The position numbers and the translations under genes are program-made. The notes under the pieces were generated by a model. That model made no database searches. It saw only the letters and a list, made by a program, of their open reading frames with translations, and had not been told where the DNA came from. A stretch of DNA of 64,000 nucleotides. Origin: Escherichia phage 55. This document shows positions 32,281-39,761 of this stretch, piece by piece. Numbering within the stretch: the first letter of the stretch is position 1; each line of letters begins with the position of its first letter. The stretch is taken from sequence record OQ599310, one strand, 5' to 3'.

Positions 32281-32485
32281 ACATCATGAAATCGAAGATG
32301 AAGCATACAAAATGCTTCGTAAACTAGTGGGACTTAATATGAGTCCTACATTAATCAACAAACTCGCAGGAATTCGTAATGATCTGAATACTCGTTACAA
32401 AGGCGAATATCATGTAGAGTTTGTTCCTGTAGGTGAACCGACCGAGCGATTTGTTGTTCGAGTTAAAGTAAATACTGTACACTGA
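32261..32485 (+). CDS. hypothetical protein (74 aa)
   Basis: ORF track. Confidence 0.4.
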   Translation: MKTMYDKHHEIEDEAYKMLRKLVGLNMSPTLINKLAGIRNDLNTRYKGEYHVEFVPVGEPTERFVVRVKVNTVH

Positions 32486-32492
32486 GGTAATT

Positions 32493-32768
32493 ATGTTCCC
32501 AACTTATTCTGAAATTGTAAAGGTAGTCTTCAGTCAGATTATTGCTAATAATATGTTTGAAGTGCTTGATAATGCAGCCGAACTCAGAGTTCATGCTCAA
32601 CTAACTCATGTACTCAATGCTTTGCTCCCAGACCAAGTAGATTCTATTGCTATTACTCTTCTCCCTGGGTCTGCACACGTCATAGTGGTATTTGATCTTG
32701 ACGGCGATTTAGTTATCCAATGTGATATCAATTTCGGTACACAAAAAATTGAATGCAAAGCAATTTAA
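32493..32768 (+). CDS. hypothetical protein (91 aa)
   Basis: ORF track. Confidence 0.4.
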   Translation: MFPTYSEIVKVVFSQIIANNMFEVLDNAAELRVHAQLTHVLNALLPDQVDSIAITLLPGSAHVIVVFDLDGDLVIQCDINFGTQKIECKAI

Positions 32769-32770
32769 TG

Positions 32771-32800
32771 GTTTACAACATGGTGGAGTTGTGATACTAT
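32771..32800 (+). promoter_or_regulatory. T4-type early promoter (GTTTAC, 18 bp, TGTGATACTAT)
   Basis: GTTTAC 32771-32776; TACTAT 32795-32800. Confidence 0.55.
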
Positions 32801-32828
32801 AACTCTACCAACAAATGAGGAAATAGAA

Positions 32829-33065
32829 ATGCTAAGTGAAAACCCAATCACAGTACACGAATTTCAGATTAAAGTAAAAGAATTTGCTCAAGCACTCATC
32901 AATAAAGTGTCTGAACGTTTCCAAGATGCAACATTACGAGTTATTCAAGAATCTCCACGTTCTTTTCTCATAATCGTTAATCCTAAAGATGGTGACCAAA
33001 TTACTAATCTTAAATTAGGCAGTGACGGTCTTGTTGAAGCAACTCGAGTATATGGAACACTATAA
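32829..33065 (+). CDS. hypothetical protein (78 aa)
   Basis: ORF track; SD gaggaaatagaaATG. Confidence 0.45.
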   Translation: MLSENPITVHEFQIKVKEFAQALINKVSERFQDATLRVIQESPRSFLIIVNPKDGDQITNLKLGSDGLVEATRVYGTL

Positions 33066-33185
33066 TGAGAGCTATCTCATTACTATCGAGAATGGTCATA
33101 AATCTGAGCACTACCAACTTAGCCTGTCTAATCCGGTTAAAGGTATTGTTGAATCAGAATCTGTTTATATCTCCTAAGGATTGTT

Positions 33186-34178
33186 ATGTTACCTGTCGTC
33201 GGAAAACTTATTTCTCCAAAAGAACTGGCTGAGATTATTCCTTTGTCGGAAGCTTACGCATCACAAGTGGCTTCTCATCGCGAACAAGTTAATTCGATTA
33301 TGAACGGTGAAGACCCACGCAAACTTATTGTTGTAGGTCCTTGTTCAATTCATGACCCTATTGCTGCTGTTGAATACGGCAAACGTCTGGCTGAACTTCA
33401 AACTCGTCTTCCTAATGTTCTGTTAGTGATGCGCGTTTATTTTGAAAAGCCTCGAACTACCGTAGGTTGGAAAGGTCTTGTAAATGATCCATATCTTGAC
33501 GGAAGTTTTGATATGAACCACGGTCTTATAGTTGCACGAACATTGTGTCGTAAACTTCTACGTATGGGACTTCCATTAGCAACTGAAGTATTAGACCCAT
33601 TCACGATTAAGTATCTTTCTGGTATTTTCTCATGGGTTGCTATTGGCGCACGTACGACTGAAAGTCAGACACATCGTGAAATTGCTTCAGGTCTACCGAT
33701 GTGCGTAGGCTTCAAGAACGCAACCAATGGTTCTATTAAAGTAGCTACAGACGCGATGTATAGTGCCGCCTGGCCTCATCGGTATATGGGTATGGACGTC
33801 GATGGTACTGTAGGCATTGTTGAAGCTGAAGGTAATCAGAATACGCATATCGTATTGCGTGGCGGGACCAACGGCCCGAACTATCATTCTTCTGATATTC
33901 AAGAAGCTTCTAACAAAGCAAGGGCAGTAGGTCTGAATCATTATGTAATGGTTGACTGTAGCCATGCAAACGCTGATGGGCATTATATCAATCAAATTGG
34001 TATTGGTAAAAATTTAGCAGCTAATGATTTGGTCAAAGGAATTATGATAGAATCGTTCCTACATGAAGGAAATCAAAAAATTTCTGATAATATGTCCTAT
34101 GGCGTTTCCGTTACCGATGCGTGCATCAGTTGGGAACAAACTAAAGAGCTGTTAACTTATATTAATAAGGTTCAATAA
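33186..34178 (+). CDS. 3-deoxy-D-arabino-heptulosonate 7-phosphate (DAHP) synthase, class I (AroG/AroF/AroH-like)
   Basis: 330 aa; alignable along full length to E. coli AroG from memory: LIVVGPCSIHD, LLVMRVYFEKPRTTVGWKGL, AIGARTTESQTHRE, GFKNATNGSIKVA, HIVLRGG, ESFLHEGNQ, VTDACISW; metal-ligand Cys/His/Glu/Asp present. Confidence 0.85.
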   Translation: MLPVVGKLISPKELAEIIPLSEAYASQVASHREQVNSIMNGEDPRKLIVVGPCSIHDPIAAVEYGKRLAELQTRLPNVLLVMRVYFEKPRTTVGWKGLVNDPYLDGSFDMNHGLIVARTLCRKLLRMGLPLATEVLDPFTIKYLSGIFSWVAIGARTTESQTHREIASGLPMCVGFKNATNGSIKVATDAMYSAAWPHRYMGMDVDGTVGIVEAEGNQNTHIVLRGGTNGPNYHSSDIQEASNKARAVGLNHYVMVDCSHANADGHYINQIGIGKNLAANDLVKGIMIESFLHEGNQKISDNMSYGVSVTDACISWEQTKELLTYINKVQ

Positions 34179-34759
34179 TGAAAGCTAGCACATACCTTCA
34201 GATTGCATATCTGATTTCTCAAGAATCAAAATGTTGTTCATGGAAAGTTGGTGCCGTCATTGAAAAAGATGGACGCATTATTTCTACAGGTTATAATGGC
34301 TCTCCTTCAGGTGGTGTTAACTGTTGTGAACATGCATCCGAAAACGGTTGGTTGAAGAATAAACCAAGCCCGGTCATCGTTGCTGGGCATAAAGAAGGCA
34401 CTACAGCATTTGGACGGGTGGATAATTTTGTTTTGGCTAAAGAACATCGGGCTGCTCATAGTGCATGGTCCGCTAATAACGAAATCCATGCGGAACTGAA
34501 TGCAATTTTGTTTGCAGCTCGTAAAGGTAATTCTATTGAAGGTGCTACGTTATATACTACGCTTTCTCCGTGTCCTGATTGCACTAAAGCTATTACACAG
34601 TCAGGTATTAAAAAGGTTGTATATGCAGAATTATATGACCGATCTCCTGAAAATTGGGCAGACATTCTTAAACAAGCCGGTATTGAAGTAATTCAGTACT
34701 CTCGTAATAATCTTCGTTCTCTGAATTGGGAACAAATCCGAAACTTTTGTGGTGAATAA
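34178..34759 (+). CDS. cd: dCMP deaminase
   Basis: 193 aa; zinc-binding cytidine/dCMP deaminase motifs (HAELNAI, SPCPDC); same length as T4 Cd. Confidence 0.92.
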   Translation: MKASTYLQIAYLISQESKCCSWKVGAVIEKDGRIISTGYNGSPSGGVNCCEHASENGWLKNKPSPVIVAGHKEGTTAFGRVDNFVLAKEHRAAHSAWSANNEIHAELNAILFAARKGNSIEGATLYTTLSPCPDCTKAITQSGIKKVVYAELYDRSPENWADILKQAGIEVIQYSRNNLRSLNWEQIRNFCGE

Positions 34760-34760
34760 T

Positions 34761-35057
34761 ATGATTTTAACTGAACAAGAAACTATGGTTCTTCGTGAAC
34801 GTATTAAAACTATTCTGTCTGTAGGCGTTCATTGTGTTGTATTTGAAAAGGCTAACGGTGATGTTCGTACGATGTTTGCCTCCCGTGATGAACTTGAAGT
34901 CAAATACGAAAATAACAATCCGGCAACAGAAGTTCGTTATGAACCTCGTGAATCAGTTCGAGCATTCGATACCAAGTTAGGCCAGTGGCGTTCTTTCCGC
35001 CTTGATAAAGTAATTTCGGTTGATGGTACTCCGGTAGAACGTTTGCTTCTTATGTAA
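34761..35057 (+). CDS. hypothetical protein (98 aa), 31.x-position
   Basis: Start moved to ATG 34761; track start at 34749 is a GTG overlapping cd. Confidence 0.4.
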   Translation: MILTEQETMVLRERIKTILSVGVHCVVFEKANGDVRTMFASRDELEVKYENNNPATEVRYEPRESVRAFDTKLGQWRSFRLDKVISVDGTPVERLLLM

Positions 35058-35114
35058 TATGCTTTATGAATAGTATGGTATTATTAATCTATCGTCAAAC
35101 AACAAGGAAATAAG

Positions 35115-35447
35115 ATGTCTGAAGTACAACTCCCAATTCGTGCTGTTGGTGAATATGTCATTCTGGTTTCTGAACCCGCTCAAGCAGGTGATGAAGAAGT
35201 TACCGAATCAGGACTTGTGATTGGTAAACGTGTTCAAGGTGAAGTTCCTGATCTATGCGTAGTTCATTCTGTAGGCCCTGATGTTCCTGAAGGTTTTGTT
35301 GAAGTCGGTGATTTGACTCCACTACCAGTTGGACAAATTCGAAATGTTCCACATCCATTTGTGGCTTTGGGACTTAAACAACCTAAAGAAATTAAACAGA
35401 AATTCGTAACATGCCACTATAAAGCTATTCCGTGTCTTTATAAGTGA
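35115..35447 (+). CDS. 31: gp31 co-chaperonin (GroES-like)
   Basis: 110 aa; size and position as T4 gp31. Confidence 0.88.
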   Translation: MSEVQLPIRAVGEYVILVSEPAQAGDEEVTESGLVIGKRVQGEVPDLCVVHSVGPDVPEGFVEVGDLTPLPVGQIRNVPHPFVALGLKQPKEIKQKFVTCHYKAIPCLYK

Positions 35448-35455
35448 TATAAATA
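35448..35455 (+). promoter_or_regulatory. late promoter TATAAATA upstream of rIII
   Basis: Exact TATAAATA at 35448-35455 immediately after the gene 31 stop. Confidence 0.45.
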
Positions 35456-35571
35456 ACTATATGAAGAGAACACTCTTCTAAGCGGTAGCCTACAACTGAG
35501 AGACTTGTCGAAAGAAGGTGAAATTCAGACGAACGTGGCTACTAAATATTATCTCGAATTGAGAATTTAAA

Positions 35572-35820
35572 ATGATTAAACAATTACAACACGCTCTTGA
35601 ACTGCAACGCAACGCATGGAATAACGGTCACGAAAACTACGGCGCGTCAATTGATGTTGAAGCCGAAGCACTGGAAATCCTGCGTTATTTCAAACACCTG
35701 AATCCTGCTCAGGCTACTCTGGCTTCTGAACTGGAAGCTAAAGATGAATTGAAATATGCTAAGCCTCTGGCTTCTGCAGCACGCAAAGCAGTTCGTCATT
35801 TTGTTATTACTTTGAAATAA
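35572..35820 (+). CDS. rIII: RIII lysis-inhibition accessory protein
   Basis: 82 aa, same length and position as T4 RIII. Confidence 0.8.
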   Translation: MIKQLQHALELQRNAWNNGHENYGASIDVEAEALEILRYFKHLNPAQATLASELEAKDELKYAKPLASAARKAVRHFVITLK

Positions 35821-35983
35821 TTGCTATCATGCGTCAGCAAAAGGTTAGCTGTGTAAGTCATGGTAGGTATGATGACGGGTTTATGGTTATCCTGTCGTTA
35901 AATACCCAAAACCTATGTTCCCCTTGAGGGCTTGCGCAGGCAATGTCAATAAGTCCTGCATTTTCATTTAAAGAGAATTTATA

Positions 35984-36163
35984 ATGGCAAAACAAGCTAA
36001 AGCAAAGAAAGCAGTTGAAAAGAAAGTTGATGGTACCTCTAAACGCGCTGGATACAAGCGTGGGTCGAACTCTCGTATTAATCAAACAGTTGAGAAGATC
36101 ATGCGCAGAGCACGTGCAGTTCTTCGAGATGATGCTTCTCGTTTTGGAAAGGTTGTTGCATAA
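35984..36163 (+). CDS. small basic protein (59 aa; MAKQAKAKKAVEKKVDGTSKRAGYKRGSNSR...), 30.9-position
   Basis: Not in ORF track; SD-like aagagaatttataATG; highly basic, likely nucleic-acid binding; followed by a terminator. Confidence 0.35.
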   Translation: MAKQAKAKKAVEKKVDGTSKRAGYKRGSNSRINQTVEKIMRRARAVLRDDASRFGKVVA

Positions 36164-36168
36164 TTTTA

Positions 36169-36186
36169 GGGAGACTTCGGTCTCCC
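36169..36186 (+). terminator. hairpin GGGAGAC-UUCG-GUCUCCC followed by TTTT
   Basis: Identical hairpin to 20702-20719. Confidence 0.7.
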
Positions 36187-36223
36187 TTTTGTGCGTTTAG
36201 GGCAGAAAAAGTTTAAAAAAGAT

Positions 36224-36252
36224 GTTTACTCTCCTGTAGGATGTGTTACTAT
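36224..36252 (+). promoter_or_regulatory. T4-type early promoter (GTTTAC, 17 bp, TGTGTTACTAT)
   Basis: GTTTAC 36224-36229; TACTAT 36247-36252. Confidence 0.55.
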
Positions 36253-36293
36253 AGACTTGTACCACCTAATCAATAAAACAACCGGAGAATAAA

Positions 36294-36665
36294 ATGAACA
36301 CTATCAATTTAAATGCTACAATTAAATGCCGTGACCATGACGGATATAAATCTCAAGTTGTTAATGAGTTACAGTGGATGGTTCGTTCAGTTCAAGGTGA
36401 TGTGGTTTATTGTACAACTCCTGATGGCCCTTCAGATGATTTTTGTTATCATATCGAAATCGAAAACTTTTTCACTGGTGAAATTTACCGTCTGAATTCT
36501 ACAGTTTATGGCTGTATTCGTTCTAAAACTTATGAAGATGAAGAAACTGGTTACTCTGAAGATGTTGTATGGTACGAAAATGCCAGAAATCGCGCAGAGT
36601 CATTAATCGAGAAGATTAAAGCAAAAGGTGTTATTGATTCAGCTAAGTGGACAAAAATCAAATAA
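36294..36665 (+). CDS. hypothetical protein (123 aa), 30.x-position
   Basis: ORF track; SD ggagaataaaATG. Confidence 0.5.
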   Translation: MNTINLNATIKCRDHDGYKSQVVNELQWMVRSVQGDVVYCTTPDGPSDDFCYHIEIENFFTGEIYRLNSTVYGCIRSKTYEDEETGYSEDVVWYENARNRAESLIEKIKAKGVIDSAKWTKIK

Positions 36666-36669
36666 AAAT

Positions 36670-36709
36670 GTTTACTTTGGTACAGGATGTGTTATTATAT
36701 ACCTGTACC
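36670..36709 (+). promoter_or_regulatory. early-promoter cassette with palindrome (GTTTAC ... GGTACAGG-atgtgtTATTATata-CCTGTACC)
   Basis: GTTTAC 36670-36675; 8-bp inverted repeat 36679-36686/36702-36709 flanking -10 TATTAT 36693-36698. Confidence 0.55.
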
Positions 36710-36739
36710 AACAAACAACTTAAACATCTGGAGAATAAA

Positions 36740-37105
36740 ATGAACTACACCAACTTCGAACGCAAATATGTTTCTAACGGTATCCCAGGTTCTATCGATA
36801 TGGTTTGTTTGTGGAAGCATAAAAATGGTGCAGTTTGTGAAATCGAACAGTGCATGACTCCTAATTACGTTTATATGCGATTTGAAAATGGCATCACGGT
36901 TTCAATCACGATGGAAGGTTCCAACTTCAAAATTGCATTAGATGACGATTTCCGTCAGCGTGATTTAGGTACTCATCCTTGCTGGAATGGTGATAATCGT
37001 AAACTTCTGGTTAAAACTTGGATTCGTCATATCCTGAGTAACCGAGCTAAACCTGAACATCTCGAAGCAATCTTTGATGTAGTTCTTAATGAATTCGATA
37101 TCTAA
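36740..37105 (+). CDS. hypothetical protein (121 aa), 30.x-position
   Basis: Start moved to ATG 36740 (SD ggagaataaaATG) downstream of the promoter cassette. Confidence 0.5.
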   Translation: MNYTNFERKYVSNGIPGSIDMVCLWKHKNGAVCEIEQCMTPNYVYMRFENGITVSITMEGSNFKIALDDDFRQRDLGTHPCWNGDNRKLLVKTWIRHILSNRAKPEHLEAIFDVVLNEFDI

Positions 37106-37112
37106 TTTAACT

Positions 37113-37128
37113 GGGAGCTTCGGCTCCC
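37113..37128 (+). terminator. hairpin GGGAGC-UUCG-GCUCCC
   Basis: Perfect 6-bp stem with UUCG loop after the stop at 37105. Confidence 0.6.
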
Positions 37129-37141
37129 TATTGAGGAAATT

Positions 37142-37756
37142 ATGTTTAAAGTTAATACTTTTTATAAAATGAATTTTAAAAATGGGGATATTACTCCACG
37201 CCTTAAAAACATGTTCTCATATGACCTTATCGAGCCTTTTGAAGTTTTAGAAGTTACTGATGCCGGCTCGGTTTGTGAAATTAGAACTTCTGAAGGTAAA
37301 ATTTATCAGGCAGGTGTTGGTAAATTTAGTAATTGTTTTTCTTTAATATTCTCGACCGATTTAGATGAGCATTTTATTGAATGTCCTAACCCTAAGGTCC
37401 ACGAAGTTCCGCATCAAGAAACTAAGAAAAATGGCCCGCATGAATATACGAAGGTTGAAACTCCTCACGGCGTTATGTGGCGACATAACTCTCCTTTCGG
37501 AAGTAAAGGAACATTTGCTCAACTGCCTAAACCTTATGACGATGAAAAATACATCGTCGCCTTTTTATCTGAACAGGGTACTCAAGACCGTGGATGTCAA
37601 CGAAGTGGTTTACTAAGTGAACTTGAAGCTCATAACCAAGCACGTGAATTCGTTGAGAAAAATCCTGGTTCTGAAGCTCTAGTCATGAAAGCAATTACTC
37701 AATATATCACTGCTCAACCTGTTGTTCATCCGGTAGAAATTAATTTCATTAAGTAG
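37142..37756 (+). CDS. hypothetical protein (204 aa), 30.x-position
   Basis: ORF track; SD gaggaaattATG. Confidence 0.5.
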   Translation: MFKVNTFYKMNFKNGDITPRLKNMFSYDLIEPFEVLEVTDAGSVCEIRTSEGKIYQAGVGKFSNCFSLIFSTDLDEHFIECPNPKVHEVPHQETKKNGPHEYTKVETPHGVMWRHNSPFGSKGTFAQLPKPYDDEKYIVAFLSEQGTQDRGCQRSGLLSELEAHNQAREFVEKNPGSEALVMKAITQYITAQPVVHPVEINFIK

Positions 37757-37786
37757 TTTACATCCAAGGACGGATTAGAGTATAAT
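37756..37786 (+). promoter_or_regulatory. early promoter (GTTTAC, 19 bp, TATAAT)
   Basis: GTTTAC 37756-37761; TATAAT 37781-37786. Confidence 0.45.
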
Positions 37787-37810
37787 GATTTCTTTAGTAA
37801 GTGGAAAAAT

Positions 37811-38008
37811 ATGAAATTTTTAATAGCACAAACAGTCCAATTAAAAGGTGTTGGAATTCCTGGGGTGATTTTTAAAGTTCTCCCTGAATTTAAAACCGGC
37901 GCTGGAATTATCAATGAAGCGTATGCTGTTCAATGGGTTGATTGGACTTCTGACATACGTATGGGTAAAGAGTTATCTCCTATTAAAGGGTTGAAACATG
38001 TTGAATAA
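37811..38008 (+). CDS. hypothetical protein (65 aa)
   Basis: ORF track. Confidence 0.4.
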   Translation: MKFLIAQTVQLKGVGIPGVIFKVLPEFKTGAGIINEAYAVQWVDWTSDIRMGKELSPIKGLKHVE

Positions 38009-38210
38009 ATTAATCCAGAAATTGTTAGGTACAGAAATGGTTGAAGTTACGTATCGTGTGACTGATGTAAGCCCATGGACCCGAAAAGTTGAACCATATA
38101 CTAAAACAATTAAAATGCTGAAATATGACGGTGGATTATCTATCAAAGACCGTCTACCGGCTTATGGTCATTGGGCTGATGTTGAAATTATAAGTGTTAA
38201 AGATGTCTGA
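37998..38210 (+). CDS. hypothetical protein (70 aa)
   Basis: ORF track. Confidence 0.4.
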   Translation: MLNKLIQKLLGTEMVEVTYRVTDVSPWTRKVEPYTKTIKMLKYDGGLSIKDRLPAYGHWADVEIISVKDV

Positions 38211-38661
38211 GTTAGAGATTAGAAGCAATTTCAAATGGCCGTCATGTGCATTAAGTAATTTCGCCCAATGGCCTTTTGTTATGGATGGTATTCAATTCGG
38301 AGGTCTTGAAGGATTTCTCCAAGGATGTAAGGTGAAAAATGTTGAACAACAAAGACGTATATTTGGGCTGTCAGGACTGGCCGCACAGCAAGCTGGAAGG
38401 TCTTATGCAAGAGCTCAGGACCATGGGACTCTCTTCTGGTTAGGAGTTCCATTTTCAAGATACTCTGAAGCATGGAAAGAATTATATACAAATGCATATT
38501 TTGAAGCAGCGATCCAAAACAAGGGGTTTCGCGATGCCTTACAAGCCTCTAAAGGAAAAATTTTGAAGCACAGCATGGCCAGCCACCTAACAAAAGATGA
38601 TACAATATTAACTGAAGCTGAATTTATTGATGTGTTAAACCTATTAAGAGACTCTTTATGA
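38194..38661 (+). CDS. NADAR / YbiA-like (DUF1768) domain protein
   Basis: 155 aa; LSNFAQWPF followed by an acidic/aromatic and Lys segment (GGLEGFLQGCKVK) resembles the E. coli YbiA FSNFAAWP...EHYFQAQKF core, recalled from memory. Confidence 0.55.
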   Translation: MLKMSELEIRSNFKWPSCALSNFAQWPFVMDGIQFGGLEGFLQGCKVKNVEQQRRIFGLSGLAAQQAGRSYARAQDHGTLFWLGVPFSRYSEAWKELYTNAYFEAAIQNKGFRDALQASKGKILKHSMASHLTKDDTILTEAEFIDVLNLLRDSL

Positions 38662-39482
38662 AGCCTACTATTTTGACTGATATTGATGGTGTATGTTTAA
38701 GCTGGCAATCTGGACTTCCTTATTTTGCCCAAAAATATAATCTTCCATTAGAACATATTTTAAAAATGATTCAGGACGAAAAATTTATTTCTCCTGGTAA
38801 ACTGTTCAATACCGACGATAACCTTGGTAAACAATTAATAGAAAAATATAATCGCTCTGATTTTATTCGTTACTTAGCGCCTTATTCGGATGCTCTTCGA
38901 GTTATCAATAAACTAAAAGAAGACTATAATTTTGTAGCCGTGACGGCGCTAGGTGATTCAATTGATGCTCGATTGAATAGACAATTTAATTTGAATGCTT
39001 TGTTCCCAGGCGCTTTCTCTGAAGTAATGATGTGTGGTCATGATTCTTCAAAGGAACAATTATTCGAACTAGCTAAAACAAAATATAACGTGATTTGTTA
39101 CGTTGACGATTTAGCTCATCATTGTGACCATGCGGCAGAAATTCTTAATGTACCGATTTATTGGTTGGCTCGTGGTGAACGTGATGATATTCCTCGCACT
39201 GCACAACGTGTACACACGTGGGATGATATTGAATCTCGTTTGGTTCTGCCTAAGAATAATTCAGATTCAGATCGTGAAGACCTTTTAAAACGATTGGCGG
39301 ATTTGCTTAAAGAATCTGGTGCAACAAGTCCAGGTGCATGGCCTAATCAAATTGGTGGCCCCTCGACAACACGTACTCCATATACCTGGCGAACCCCAGG
39401 ACCAACTGATATGCAGCCGTGGTGGACGATTCAAAACTTTCCTTTAGATTCGTCTAAATGGACTTGGTCTATAAATTGTTAA
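38658..39482 (+). CDS. HAD-superfamily hydrolase-like protein with Trp/Pro-rich C-terminal tail
   Basis: 274 aa; N-terminal DxDGV motif (ILTDIDGVCLSW) and later VDD motif; last about 50 aa low-complexity (PGAWPNQIGGPSTTRTPYTWRTPGPTDMQPWWTIQNF). Confidence 0.5.
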   Translation: MKPTILTDIDGVCLSWQSGLPYFAQKYNLPLEHILKMIQDEKFISPGKLFNTDDNLGKQLIEKYNRSDFIRYLAPYSDALRVINKLKEDYNFVAVTALGDSIDARLNRQFNLNALFPGAFSEVMMCGHDSSKEQLFELAKTKYNVICYVDDLAHHCDHAAEILNVPIYWLARGERDDIPRTAQRVHTWDDIESRLVLPKNNSDSDREDLLKRLADLLKESGATSPGAWPNQIGGPSTTRTPYTWRTPGPTDMQPWWTIQNFPLDSSKWTWSINC

Positions 39483-39491
39483 GGGTTAATT

Positions 39492-39761
39492 ATGTTTGTA
39501 GTTCATGATATTACAGATGGCAAAAACACCACACGTGACTACGGTCATGTTAACATGTTCTTTCGAGACTGGCCGGTGTTTCGTTCAGTAAAAGACGCAG
39601 AAATATTTAAAGAGTGTGTTGAACAAGGGTTCATCTACATTTCAGAATATTATGTTGAAGGACTCGGTAAATGGATTACCACTTATCAGAAAACGCTGAA
39701 ATCGCTTCTAGATGAAGTGGCTTATAATAGAACCGTAACCAAAATCGAGGACATCAAATGA
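39492..39761 (+). CDS. hypothetical protein (89 aa), 30.1-position
   Basis: ORF track; overlaps the ligase start (ATGA). Confidence 0.45.
   Translation: MFVVHDITDGKNTTRDYGHVNMFFRDWPVFRSVKDAEIFKECVEQGFIYISEYYVEGLGKWITTYQKTLKSLLDEVAYNRTVTKIEDIK

Noticed and set aside
33066-33230. 54-codon ORF in the 120-bp spacer upstream of the DAHP synthase, considered as an attenuator leader peptide
   Set aside because: No run of aromatic codons and no obvious alternative terminator/antiterminator hairpins; it overlaps the DAHP synthase start out of frame.
35858-36085. Minus-strand 75-aa ORF spanning the rIII-30.x intergenic region
   Set aside because: Antisense to a well-formed plus-strand basic ORF with RBS and terminator; no RBS of its own.
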